Positions 1-16,634 of a DNA stretch of 64,000 nucleotides are shown here, one piece after another (within the stretch, counting starts at the first letter, position 1; every line of letters starts with the position of its first letter). Origin of the DNA: Macrostomum lignano (lineage: Eukaryota). The notes beneath the pieces are model-generated. The model had not been told where the DNA came from, did not search any database, and saw nothing but the letters and a program-made list of their open reading frames with translations. A program made the translations under genes and the position numbers. Where the stretch lies: assembly GCA_002269645.1 (NCBI GenBank), contig NIVC01000933.1:62001-126000 (forward strand), read 5' to 3'.

Positions 1-3865
<3,865 letters not shown>

Positions 3866-4269
3866 TAGCGACTGACATATTTCTCTCTTAAAAAAGCGGA
3901 TTCTTCTTGATCAAATTTGTCTATGGCCAAACCCCCATTCAGAGCGCTCTATGCCTTCTCTTGAACCAAGGAGTTCTATAATTAGCAATCTCATGGAGCA
4001 CTGAATGTCTATGGCACTGTCTGACTCTGTCTATGCTAGTCTGGCCTCATGAGGTAAAACTGAAAAACTCGTTTCCACTCCAGGTGATAATTTTAGTACT
4101 CCTTGTCTAGAACGGACGAAATGCACCACTAGCGATGCGACAAATATAAGTTGCTTACCGGAATCCTGCATTTCTAAGAAAACCGAGTGTAGCAAGCGTC
4201 TTCTACTAGAGGGTGGAGGGGTTCACAAACGCGAAATTCCATAACTTTTAAAAGCACTTGTTTTCAAAA

Positions 4270-4650
4270 CGCGAAGCTTCACAAACGCGAAACTCCACAA
4301 ACCCGAAATTTCACAAATGCGAAACTTTAACAATCCCGAAACTTCACAACCCTGTTACTTTACAATCCCGAAACTTCACAAACCCGAAACTTCACAAACC
4401 CGAAACTTCACAAACCCGAAACTTCACAAACCCGAAACTTCACAAGCCCGAAACTTCACAAACCCGAAACTTCACAAACCCGAAACTTTACAAACCCGAA
4501 ACTTCACAAACCCGAAACTTTACAAACCCGAAACTTCACAAACCCGAAACTTCACAAACCCGAAACTTCACAAACCCGAAACTTCACAAACCCAAAACTT
4601 CACAAACCCGAAACTTCACAAACGTGACACTTCACGAACCCGAAACTTCA
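4270..4650. repeat. 16-bp minisatellite (CGAAACTTCACAAACC), ~22 copies
   Basis: Direct reading; ends approximate. Confidence 0.95.
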
Positions 4651-5343
4651 GAATAGCTACAATTGTGAAGTTTCACGAAACTTTGCGGTTGTGAAAGAAG
4701 ATTAAATTTTACTTTTGTGAAAACAACTATAATCCGTCAGATACAAATGTAGAGCTCTTGAACCACCCTTGTGCGAAACATCAACTTCAGATACTTTTTA
4801 ACAACCTAATGTTGCTGATACTAAATTTATCAATTTACAAACATCAATCAAAGATGTTTTTACATCTTTGAAGATCAGTAGACTGGTGATTTTCTTTGAG
4901 TGCTGATGTATTTGACATCCCGAAATTTCTGTCATAGTCAGTTACCATCTCAAGTTGCACACCATTTAATGCATTGCCGTTAACTTTCTATATTTACATG
5001 TATACATGCAGAAATTATTTTTACAATACTCAAAGTAGTCTGAACGCTCGTGACTAGAATATTACCAGTGGTCTTTTAAAATATCAGCTAATTTAAACAT
5101 CGTATTTATCTGATAGCAAATAAATGCAAAAAGGTATCTTTTTTCAAACGGTTTAATTTTTCACACAGACGTACAAAGTTCCGACACGAATAGGCCATAA
5201 AATCAAGCAAAAAAGTAGAATGCAGCAGAATGAAATTTTCAACATCATTTCCACCATCTTTTCTCACTGAAAAAAACAATATGGAGACGATTTCTTCGAA
5301 GGTGACTTGCTGGCTAAAACAAAAAGTCACCGCGACTCAAAGA

Positions 5344-8312
5344 TCAGATTTGGGTCGATTCGACTTCACTTCCAAGTTTGGCGTCCGCTGTTACACCCTG
5401 ACTGCTGCTGTCATTGTCCTGCTGCAGGTCAGAGTTGGCGCTGAAAAATAAGTATGCTATTTCTAGCAGTTCGAACAGAGTGAGCACGCACATGCCGAGC
5501 CAGAGACCGCACACGCCACCGATCTGATTGGGGGAGAAGAATTGAGTTCGATTGAGCTGCTGACGTGCCAGCCCTCATTGGAGCAGAATGGATTGCTAAT
5601 CTATAGCCATATCTGCTGGGTGAAGGTACAGAATGGATTGCTAATCTATAGCCATATCTGCTGGATGAAGGAACAGAATGGATTGCTAATCTATAGCCAT
5701 ATCTGCTGGGTGAAGGAACAGAATGGATTGCTAATCTATAGCCATATCTGCTGGGTGAAGGAACAGAATGGATTGCTAATCTATAGCCATATCTGCTGGG
5801 TGAAGGAACAGAATGGATTGCTAATCTATAGCCATATCTGCTGGGTGAAGGAACAGAATGGATTGCTAATCTATAGCCATATCTGCTGGGTGAAGGTACA
5901 GAATGGATTGCTAATCTATAGCCATATCTGCTGGGTGAAGGAACAGAATGGATTGCTAATCTATAGCCATATCTGCTGGGTGAAGGAACAGAATGGATTG
6001 CTAATCTATAGCCATATCTGCTGGACGAAGGAACAGAATGGATTGCTAATCTGTAGCCGTATCTGCTGGATGAAGGAACAGAATGGATTGCTAAAGTATA
6101 TCCCATATTCATAAAAAATATAAAATTTGAAACTCGCCTCAGATAGGGCCTCGGGATAGAGAAAGCTGGGGTGCTCCTGTATAAGCTTGGACTTTGTCTT
6201 CATTAACCTGATGTTTAGTCTCAGCAGGTTCGATGTTAGCCTTGTGTTATTAACCAGTCTCCAGCTGCTCCGGCTGAATTTCCCTGCACCATGAAAAAGC
6301 TGCTGGAGTGTCGCTGTCTGTCTGCTGACGATTTTGTCTTTTCCAACGAGCCGGACAATGTCTGGATCAGAAAAGTTCAAAATAGAGTGGTGCTCGCCGT
6401 CACCTGGCAGCAGGTCTGTGCGCTCGTACAGCGTCTCCAACACGTATTTGTTAACTACGCTAGGTAGGTCCTCAGTTTTCGGCCACTCATACACGTTGTT
6501 GAAGAAGTCTAACTTAGCTGACCTGCACGGCTCGAACTTCGAGTACTTTCTCAACAGTTGATACGTGTCCTTGTCGACTTCCGCTACCACTCTGTCGTGA
6601 CAGTTGATCCGTTGCATGACCTCCTTCGTGGGGGTTCGCTTCACCGAATCCGGCACGTGATAGCACAAGGTCTCCATGCCGGATTCGAATGGATACTTGT
6701 GCGAGTAGCAGCCGCACTGACTCATCAGTTCTTCCTGCTTTTTCTGAATCACCTGCTCGTCCTGCTGTTTATCGTAGCTGCGATATTCGAGTTTGCCCCG
6801 ATTGTCAAAGTTTGTGACGTAGCGGACCTGCTCGAAGGGCTTCTTGATGCAATCCGATACGCCGAGTCTTTGCTGACGAATGACAAACATCTGGCCGATG
6901 TTAACCGCAGCAGACACGCCCGCCTCGAACTCGAGACTATCCAAGCCTGAAAGTGCGGAGCGTGTTGTGCAAGCGTGAGTGCACTCTATAAAGAGTTGCC
7001 ATACTACTATCGAGAGTGTACATGTCTGGCCGATTGGAATGTCGGCTGAATGAAGAACTGAATGAAGAATATACTCGTACAAGACATCTAGTAAAGTCTA
7101 CGATTAGCCACTTGGTTGAAAATATCCCAACTTATCAACGCACGCAGACTTCAATAGATCGCGTGCCCCATCGCAGGCTATTGTAAACAATTTGTCAGCC
7201 TAAAAACTATTATTCACTCATCCAAGCGTTGGTTTAAAGCTACTTGGACTTACTTGTTGGACATTGGCTGTGTCAAGAACCTCAATAGCCACAGACTTTA
7301 TGCATGCTCTGATTAAAGCACTGCTTGTGTGTCTCTTCCCATCAAAATTTCAAAAAGTCTTATTTATTTGAAAATAGAAATGCAATCCCACCGAAAGCCG
7401 AACTAAACTTATCAAGCGAAACTTACTCATCATCGGGTGAGTTCCAGAGTCGTGCAATATCACTCGAAAGCCATTGGACTGGGTGATTATTGGCTCAGCA
7501 ATTTGGTTAAGCGATCGCCAATGCGTATTTAGAAAAAACTCTAACGAATTCCAATCGGACATGTTCTCTGAGCCGTGAATCTTAACATCGCGACCGTAAA
7601 ACTGAACAATGGTGCCTTCGAAAACAGGATGATAGAAGCTGGTGTCAGTGAACAGATCGAGTTTCAGGCCTTCGGTGCCAACCGCGACATCCCCACTGGG
7701 AGAGAAGCTGTAGCAATACCAACCATCGGGATCCCGGATCAGGCTGAAATTCCTGTGATCACACTTTTGACCCTCGTAGCTACAAGAAAGCAACGCCGAA
7801 TCGATAAACATGCCGAGGTCTCTGAAGTCCTCCGAGGCCCAGACGATCTTCATGAACTTTTCGAAGATAACAGACAGCCGATGTTTGTAAGCGATGTTGC
7901 TTTCATTTGGTTTCTGCATTCGCTCTTCTTTGAACCAGTTGTTGAAATAGGACCACTTTGTATCGAAGTACCTGTCCAAAACCTTGTCGTAGTGGATCAG
8001 CAGCGACTCACTGAATGGCTTCACCCTGCACAGCGTGATATCCGGGAACTCGGCTGGGACGGCCTCGTCCTGGATCTGAACAAAGGTGTCCATAGCGCTG
8101 TACCGCTTAATAGACATGACCGTGTGGTACACACCCGCAGTGGTGGCAGCTAGCAAGACAATAAGCCAGAACGCCCGTCGCGTCATATCCTTAGATTGGA
8201 ACAGGTGGTACAGACCGTGCAGAGACGAGTTCTTGCCGTAGATTTCCAGCACGAAATACGCTGTGCGAGCTCCGCGCCTCACCTTGGAGGCCCCTGAGGA
8301 CTTGCGGGTCAT
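5344..8312 (-). CDS. DEG/ENaC (amiloride-sensitive/ASIC-like) sodium channel subunit, 3 exons, 624 aa
   Basis: Exons 7427..8312, 6138..6946, 5344..5523 total 1875 nt and stay in frame. Motifs: pre-TM1 SSLHGL, TM1 RRAFWLIVLLAATTAGVYH, FPDITLC, GFRVILHDSGTHP, Cys-rich CGC region, TM2 ALSE|IGGVCGLWLGMCVLTLFELLE. Intron 2 is GC-AG (GAG|GCGAGT...AATCAG|ATC). Confidence 0.93.
5583..6100. repeat. 45-bp minisatellite (GAACAGAATGGATTGCTAATCTATAGCCATATCTGCTGGGTGAAG), ~11.5 copies, copy 1
   Basis: Direct reading; inside ENaC intron 5524..6137. Same family as 48984..49540. Confidence 0.97.
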
Positions 8313-8564
8313 GGCTGTAGATAATGAATGAGGCAATAAACAGAGGTTCCGTTAGGCTTCGACGGCACAATACAGATTAAGGAAAAAGGGCTGCGCACTA
8401 GTACGTATGCCATAAGTGCAAACTCTGTCTTGCTTACTGGATTGATATGGGGATGCATTCAAATCTCACGAAAGATGTACCACAGACAGTTTTGGTCAAT
8501 AATTATTTGTCTGATAGCTGATATAATATGATAATGACTGACTGTTTAGAAAATAATAGTACAT

Positions 8565-8685
8565 TAATACCCATGCTTTAAGGGCGTTAATGGGAAAATC
8601 GCTTCGCTCGCATTTTTTTCTATGCCACTTACTGGCTCATCGTCCCCTCTGATTTTCCCATTAACGCCTTAAAGCATGGGTATTA
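8565..8685. repeat. ~36-bp inverted repeat pair (MITE-like/hairpin)
   Basis: TAATACCCATGCTTTAAGGGCGTTAATGGGAAAATC (8565..8600) matches the reverse complement of 8651..8685 with one indel. Confidence 0.8.
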
Positions 8686-8729
8686 CTATTATTGTGCCAT
8701 AGACATTTCTGTCCTTGACAAAGTGGGAC

Positions 8730-8772
8730 AAAATTAGCGGGCAGTTAATGACATTAACTGCCCGATAATTTT
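8730..8772. repeat. Near-perfect palindrome (21-bp arms, 1-nt loop)
   Basis: AAAATTAGCGGGCAGTTAATG-A-CATTAACTGCCCGATAATTTT, one mismatch. Confidence 0.85.
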
Positions 8773-8848
8773 CATTAAAGTAAGTTTGACATAGACAATC
8801 GGGCGTTAAATTTCATTGCATTGCCCGCTAATTTGCATTAAAGTGGTA

Positions 8849-9656
8849 CTGCAAGCTTTCAATTTAATCATAGATACGGAAATCAGGCTTGCGAGACTGA
8901 AAACTTTGTCTATGGTCGACACTGGCATAGCGGAGTTCAATTTAATCCTGGGGGCATCAATTTGATCATTCTATGCATTCAATGCACATTTTTACTGTTA
9001 GTGAAACCTGTTTTTAACTTGTTTTTACATCATATGATCCTCTGAGAGACTATGACGGCAGTCAGGTACCAGAAGTTCATCAATGATCTGGTGCAAAGCG
9101 TGACCAGTCGTGGTGTACCTGATGGCGAGGAGTCTGCGTGATCATGGATGACGCCCGTTTTCATCATGGAGTGACAATCCCAGATCAATTTCAGCCCGCT
9201 TGGCGCCTGGTGACATTGCCTCCATACTCGCCATTCCTCAATCCTGTGGAGAACGCGCACGCCTGCCTGAAGGCAGCCATCAAGAGCCAGCTGGCTCAAC
9301 CACAACTGCAAGAAGAGCTGGACACTCCGCCTGCTGGTCATTCGCTACGAGAGTGGCGAATCCTTGTCCTACAGAGGGTTGCAGAGGACCCAACCCGTGA
9401 AGTGACCGTTGCAAAATGCGGAGGCTGGTACCCGCAGATGCTGACGTTTATTCCAGCCTGACTCGACGACGTCCGACGCTAAAGCTTTTATTTGTTTATT
9501 GTATTGTTCTGTTTTAGATTTTCTTTTCTTTTCAGAAATTGATGCCCCCAGGATTAAATTGAAATCCGCTATGCCAGCGAGTGTCGAGCATAGAGAGAAA
9601 ATTTTCAGTCTCGCAAGTCTGATTTCCGTATCTATGATTAAATTGAAAGCTTGCAG
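8849..9656 (+). mobile_element. Internally deleted Tc1/IS630-superfamily DNA transposon
   Basis: Imperfect TIRs of ~125 bp (CTGCAAGCTTTCAATTTAATC... / ...GATTAAATTGAAAGCTTGCAG) flanked by TA at 8847-8848 and 9657-9658. Carries a C-terminal DDE fragment. Confidence 0.88.
9050..9461 (+). pseudogene. Truncated, frameshifted DDE_3-type transposase (C-terminal catalytic part)
   Basis: VIMDDARFH...LPPYSPFLNPVE...KAAIK motif (D-x33-E). Upstream segment MTAVRYQKFINDLV is in another frame (shift near 9120-9135); N-terminus and first catalytic Asp absent. Confidence 0.85.
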
Positions 9657-10107
9657 TACCAACTAGGCCGCAAAAAGGAATATTGGAAAAATAAATTTAA
9701 CTTTTCTTATTCGCTAGTTAAAAAAATTGGTGCTAAAAATATGATTCGGTGACTTATAGCTCGTATCAATGGCGGAGTTGTGAAAGAGCCTTTACGGTTG
9801 TGAGAGATTTAATTTAGACTGCTGAGAACAGCAGACGAACAACAATTTTTATCGGAAAATCTCCCGCATAGCCCATAGAAGAAATCGCAGCAAAAAAGAA
9901 ACGTCTGTACACCACAGGGTGGTGGGAGAGAACGGTGAGGGGCAGTGGCTGACTGAAGAAAGCAAAACAAGCCAGAAACCGGTCATCTCAAGGGCTTTCT
10001 CACAGTTACGAATCGTTCGTTACAGCAACGGGCTACAGCAAATTGTGCGCAGCAACCCAGACAACCTCATTTTCTAGCCAAAAAAAAAGAATAAAAGCTT
10101 CTTATAT

Positions 10108-11350
<1,243 letters not shown>

Positions 11351-11459
11351 TTTTAGTAGACAGACAGTTTTGGGATAGTTTACAGATGATAAATTCCAAA
11401 AATCCTCAGTTAGTCGTTAGTAAACATTCAATTAAGATCCTATTCGCTCCATCCGGCAG

Positions 11460-12849
11460 GTTCGCCTGGCGCAATTACGTCAAATATTGCGCCCGTCCCT
11501 ACACGGGCAACGACCTCGATCCCATCAAGCGGGCCTGCTCCCCGGTGCCCGACGTCCTTCTCGGACCTCGCCAGCTGGTGACAGCCGTGGACGCGCTTGA
11601 CACTTTCGCTCTGATGGAAATGCACGAGGAGTTCGAGGAGGCCCGCCAGATGGTGACGGGAGGTAAGCGAGCAGCCTTGTCGAACGTCACTGTGAGCGTG
11701 TTCGAGACCTGCATCCGACTGCTCGGCGGCTACCTCGGTGCGTACAGCTTCACTCAAGACTCAAGATTGTTAGCTGAGGCGGTGGCAGTTGCTGACAGGC
11801 TGGCTGAGTCTTTCAGCGATATGAGATCTCTGAATCGCAATGACTTGGTGCTGTTAAAAAAAACCTCACCAAGACCAAATTCTACTATCGACAATGAAAC
11901 AAAACTGCTAGCAGCGACTGGAACTTTGTACCTGGAGTTCGCCTATCTGTCCCATATAACTGGTGACAAGAAGTATGAGCAGTGGGTGACAAGGAACCAT
12001 GAGCTCCTGATGAAGGCACCGAATGTACAAGGACTGTACCCGATGGAGATGACCCCAAAAGGCATGCCTTTGACCCCGGATCCTGTTTACTCAGCCGGCG
12101 GTGAGGGTGACTCATTCTACGAGTATCTGGTCAAAAAGTGTCTGTACAGCAAGAACCCGGACCCGAAATGCACCAGAGACTATACAGCAGCTCTCGATAG
12201 CATCATGAAGTGCATGACTGTACAAGTCAGTCCAGGGTCTGACCTCTTGTGCGTTGTCAACGTAAAGAAGCCTTGCAACGCAAAGCAGCAGCTCAACGCG
12301 ACTTGCACTATGGAGCACCTGACCTGCTTCTTGGGCGGCACCTACGCGCTCGCCTACATGATGAACCCGCATCGCACTGACTGGCTTGGATTTGCAGAGA
12401 GAATCACTCACACATGCTATCTGTCATATTTCCATTCTCCAATCGGCTTGGGTCCGGAGATTTTCAAGTACAATGCCACGTCGAGAAAGTTCGAAGCCGA
12501 TCCGGACAGGGACTTCTACATATTGAGACCGGAGACTATCGAGTCCATCTACTACCTGCACTACGTCACTGGGCACAAAAAGTACCGATATTGGGGAAAG
12601 AAAATCCTGCTTGTCATCAACGCCAGCACGAGAACTCCAACCGGCTTCAGCGGTGTCCACAAAATCCTGTCGAACAAAACGATCTTCAACAACACGCAAC
12701 AGTCGTTCTTCCTGGCCGAGACGCTCAAGTACTTGTACCTACTGTTTCAGCCGAATAGTCGATTATCATTGGACCAGTGGGTGCTGAGCACGGAGGCCCA
12801 CCTGTTTCCTACCGGTATAAACCCGCTGCGAAGCCGGATGCACGGATAG
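11460..12849 (+). CDS. Glycoside hydrolase family 47 (class I alpha-1,2-mannosidase) catalytic domain; single large exon, upstream exon(s) not located
   Basis: GH47 motifs FAWRNY, DALDT, VFETCIRLLGG, GDSFYEYLVK, HLTCFLGG, GLGPE, YILRPETIES, QQSFFLAETLKYLYLLF, STEAH. Likely acceptor CCGGCAG|G at 11459/11460. ORF opens at 11386 but no TM anchor is visible. Confidence 0.92.
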
Positions 12850-14036
12850 ATCTGCTGCATGTTGCTTGATCGATGCTGAATCTGATTGGTGATGGAACAA
12901 GGATGTTTGCTTAACTTAGCTCTTATAAGTCTTAACGCTCTTGCTTTTGTACGTGATCAGTTTTAAGGACGAATTGGGGTGTTCTGTCTTTTAATGTTTC
13001 TTCTAGAATCGATGCTTGTTGCAAGCGACTCTTAAAAATTAGTTAAATTTAATAATAATGCATTCTTTAGTTATAATTCATGTTTGCAGAAGACATTCAG
13101 TCCGCTCAAATGTCTCATTTCACAACAACTAATTGTTTGAAATATAAAACTTTCTGCTTTGCTTTAATTGTTATCACATTTAACTAAAATTGTCCCGCTG
13201 CTATTCGAACAAAATTCGGCGTAAAAATACTTGAAGGAACTTTTAAAGTTCATTTATTTTAACTACAATTTGCACTTCAGTTCGCTTTAAAAAGTACGTG
13301 TATACAACGTACATTTGTATTATACAGCTAATTTGACCTTCCGTGGCGAAAATTTCGCTCTCATTGAGTGCCAAGGATTTGGATCAAAGATTTAATACTT
13401 ACTTAAATGGCGGAACTAAAGAGAACTACATTAAGAGAACTGCATTAAGAACGTGTGGCAAATTACATAGACGCATCGTATCCATGAAGCCTTTCAGAAT
13501 TTTTCATGTGAACAACATTCTATTTTAGGTAATTTGAACTCCCTGTTTCCGGAAAATTCCCAAAACTCTAGAATTTTCTATAAAACTTATCTATAAATAA
13601 AAGGCACCGGGAACTGCGTACTCAAGCCTACCTCTTCCATACGAAAAACCAGCTGTTAAACAAAATTAGTGAACCAAGAACCAAGGCCGCCTTTCCGTCT
13701 CATTCATTTTAATAAGGTAGTTTAGTGTTAGGCGTCGCACTGTTGTCAGCAGTTTTTCTCGCCCTTGCCCTCGCCCTGGGTTGCTGTCTGCCGCTGGGCA
13801 GCCTCCCTCCTTTTTTCTGCCTGTTCTCTGTCGCCCCCTCTTCTCTGCTGTGGTCTGCTTTTCGTTTCGCTCCAGTCTTGAGGTCACGATTTGTGGCCTG
13901 TTTTTCCTTTTTACGTGAGCAAGTCACATGACAAGCCATACTTTCCTGGAGTCTAAAGTGCAATAAGCATGTTTACTGCGCTCGCTCGCTGGGGAATCAC
14001 GTATTCCAGAACTCCGGCTTTCTCTGAGGCGGGAGA

Positions 14037-14155
14037 TGACGTCAGTTCTAAAAATAGATACTGAGTCACGCGATCTGGTGCACACTGCCCGAGGATCCCC
14101 TGCCTTTTATAAGATCGGAGCTGGTGACGTCAGTTTTAAAAATAGATCTGAGTCA
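14037..14155. promoter_or_regulatory. Duplicated CRE + AP-1 module with an intervening TATA-like motif, within the LTR-like segment
   Basis: TGACGTCA at 14037..14044 and 14125..14132; TGAGTCA at 14062..14068 and 14149..14155, inside a ~34-bp direct repeat; TTTTATAAG at ~14105. Confidence 0.55.
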
Positions 14156-14512
14156 CGCGGTCTTGCGCTCACCGGCACTTTGGCGCAATAGGTATTTCCA
14201 GCCTATACGTACCGGCCCCCTCACCCTTGTTTCCGTCAAGGAGTTTCAGTTTCTTAGCTTTCAGTTCTTCTGCTACCCTGTTTCGGCCGTCTGTAATTGC
14301 CTGACTGAACCAGACGCCCAAGCCTAAAGGAGGCTAAAACCGCTTTCCCAACCACCCACTGAGCCCGATGGGATCTGCTGACCAGACGCCTTGTTCGTTA
14401 GTCTTCAAATCTGCCTGCTGTGGTGAATTCGTTTGACTTGTATATTTCGTTCCGACGAGAAGTTCACCTCATCGAAGGCCGAGACCTGAAACAACTGGTG
14501 ACAGCAAACTAC

Positions 14513-15325
14513 TGTGACGTTGTCAGTTTAAGGTGGTCCCGAAAAGGGCCGCTGGACTATATTTTCCCTTGTAATTTCTCATATTAATTTCTCCAATAGT
14601 TTATTTTAACGTTTACTTATAGTAGCGTGCAAATAATTTTTATCAACTGCTAATTCACTGTGTATTGGATAGACCTTGCGCCCGTCTGTAAATTTTGGCA
14701 CGATCGATAATTTTAAGTTCTCTCGCCAGCCAATGAAAACCACTCGTGCTTCGCGCTACCCCCCTCTGCGCTCCTTTATTAAACCCCCCCGCCTGGCGGC
14801 GGGCACTCCACCTTCCTCTCTCCTCTCTTTCTTATCTGTTCTTCCGTCCCATTTTGCGTTCTTGTCTGGCTGCCTCGAGCCTCCTTATTTCTCGCCACGG
14901 CCCCTCTGTCTGGGCCGGCCTACTCACACACTTACTTGACTGCCTCACGCCACGACTGACGCCAACTTCGCCACTGCTCAATGCTCATCTGCCTACTACG
15001 TCTCACTGCCACTGTTGTACTCATCGCCGTTACTCACCACGTTGCATCGTCTTGCATCACTCGCCTACCACTCGACTACAATCTCTAACTCACCTTCAAT
15101 TCAAAACCATTGTTGCAGCCGCCAGTGCCCCAAAGCGCAATAAGTTCTATATTGATATTAACCGCATCGAATATTGATCTCAACAATAATAACCAACTAC
15201 GGCCAGTTCCCGGCCTTGTATGCCAAGTGCTCCGCTACACAAATCCGCTATCAAGACTTGACTCGATTCATTTGGGACTAAAACGGCCCTTTTAAGGGTC
15301 ACGGACAACATCAAATAACGTGACA
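14513..15325 (+). mobile_element. Solo LTR (813 bp) with 4-bp TSD CTAC
   Basis: Ends TGTGACGTT...AACGTGACA (8/9 inverted match); CTAC at 14509..14512 and 15326..15329. Confidence 0.65.
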
Positions 15326-15421
15326 CTACCTACGCTACGACAAGGCTTACAAGAAGAGGCGCGAGACTTCAGGTAGAACTTGAGTGCCTGTAAATTTGGA
15401 AGCTAAAGCTATGTACTTCAC

Positions 15422-15439
15422 TGGTGGCAGCGGTGGGAT
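15422..15439 (+). other. Primer-binding site complementary to tRNA-Leu 3' end
   Basis: TGGTGGCAGCGGTGGGAT is the reverse complement of ATCCCACCGCTGCCA+CCA, the 3' end of eukaryotic tRNA-Leu(AAG/CAG-type). It sits 1 nt after a CA terminus. Confidence 0.85.
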
Positions 15440-16634
15440 ACTGAAGACCGCTAACAAACCACCCAAGCGCAAAGCCTACACTTTAATAGCAACATTTTTA
15501 AAATGTAGCATTTACGTTAAAACATAAATAGTAGTAGCATGTAAATTGAAAATCATATTATTATAACACCTAGTCAACAACTAATAACTTTGCGTTAGCA
15601 CTTTGCAGTGACAACGTGACAGTCTATAAAGATAATAGCTATATCTATTTTTTATTTTTAACATATTGTACTTGTTTCGACAGTATATACGGATTGGGTT
15701 TAAACTAGCAAATCCTATGAATTATGATATTGGCAATGCAGCTATTGACTTTTCTTAAAGAGGCAACTGGATTAAAAAATCAAGACAATAAGGCCTCGTG
15801 CCGCGCAAATTTAATCACGGATAGTGTCGAGGGAAACAGGTAGCTAGTAAGCATTTTGATTTATTATTTTAATGGGCTCAAGCTTTTGAAAAACAATTGG
15901 CACTATAGAAGGATATTAAGTCGTTCGAATGCCTATGGAAATTCAGTGACAGCCTAGAGGGAATGTTACCAATACTTTTTAATTTATTTAATTACGTCTT
16001 TAGGCGCTTGAAAAAAAGCAATCAAAAGCTGCTATATTCAGCTCAAATAAAAAGCAGAATACACAGCAGCTAGAAAATGAAAAAAGATTTTTCTGATTGA
16101 CAAAAGAGAGTTTGTTCCATCTTAGATTATAGTGTGACACAGTAATTCACTATAGTTACTCGGTATTAAGAGACGCGTAAGAACAAATAAAAGAAGAGGC
16201 AAAAGGCAAAAAGACCATACAAAAAGCCGCGTAACAGAAACAAATAAAAGTTCAAGACACAAAAATAACCACAAATACAACCGTAATAAACAAGGAGTAA
16301 ATTTTCAACAACTTAAATACAATGAGACTATTTAGCAACATTTAAACAAAAACTTTAAATAGACCAATAATAAAGAGATTCCAAATAAAAGGAAACACTA
16401 CGAGCTATGCTGTGACTAAATAAAAAATTGTAAAATGAAGTCAAAGGAAATCTAAGAATCGAATGAACTATTGCACTTTTGCTTGGAGATAACAAAAAAT
16501 ACGGAATATTGCAAGTTTAAGTGACAATATCTCTCGCTAAGTAACTTTCTATTGACCTGCACAGCTGATGAATGACTTCTGTTTAAAAGCAAATTTGTAT
16601 TTCCGCGTTTAAAATCAAACTTTTTATGCACGTT

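Larger units (their letters stand above)
13726..15439 (+). mobile_element. LTR retrotransposon 5' remnant (LTR plus primer-binding site), interrupted by a solo LTR
   Basis: Segment ends ...TACTTCA (15420), then C, then PBS TGGTGGCAGCGGTGGGAT. Putative start TGTTAG at 13726 is less certain. No gag ORF follows the PBS. Confidence 0.55.

Noticed and set aside
5583-6100. Regular 45-bp repeats (and other arrays) as possible CRISPR
   Set aside because: Head-to-tail units with no unique spacers, no cas genes, eukaryotic context.
9826-10078. ATG-less open frame upstream of the GATA tract as a candidate GH47 stem exon
   Set aside because: No TM segment, no GH47 similarity and only a weak donor.
14496-14505. 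TGGTGACAGC after ...GAAACA as a second PBS (LTR ending at 14493)
   Set aside because: Only 10 nt and not extendable. Kept as an alternative but not called; the perfect PBS at 15422 is better supported.
15422-15439. tRNA-like sequence
   Set aside because: Only the 18-nt complement of a tRNA 3' end (a PBS); no cloverleaf. No tRNA or rRNA genes were recognised in the window.
14513-15621. 13-bp imperfect inverted repeat suggesting a Ginger-like TIR element
   Set aside because: No TSD at 15621 (CTAC vs GTCT), whereas the 15325 end has a matching CTAC.
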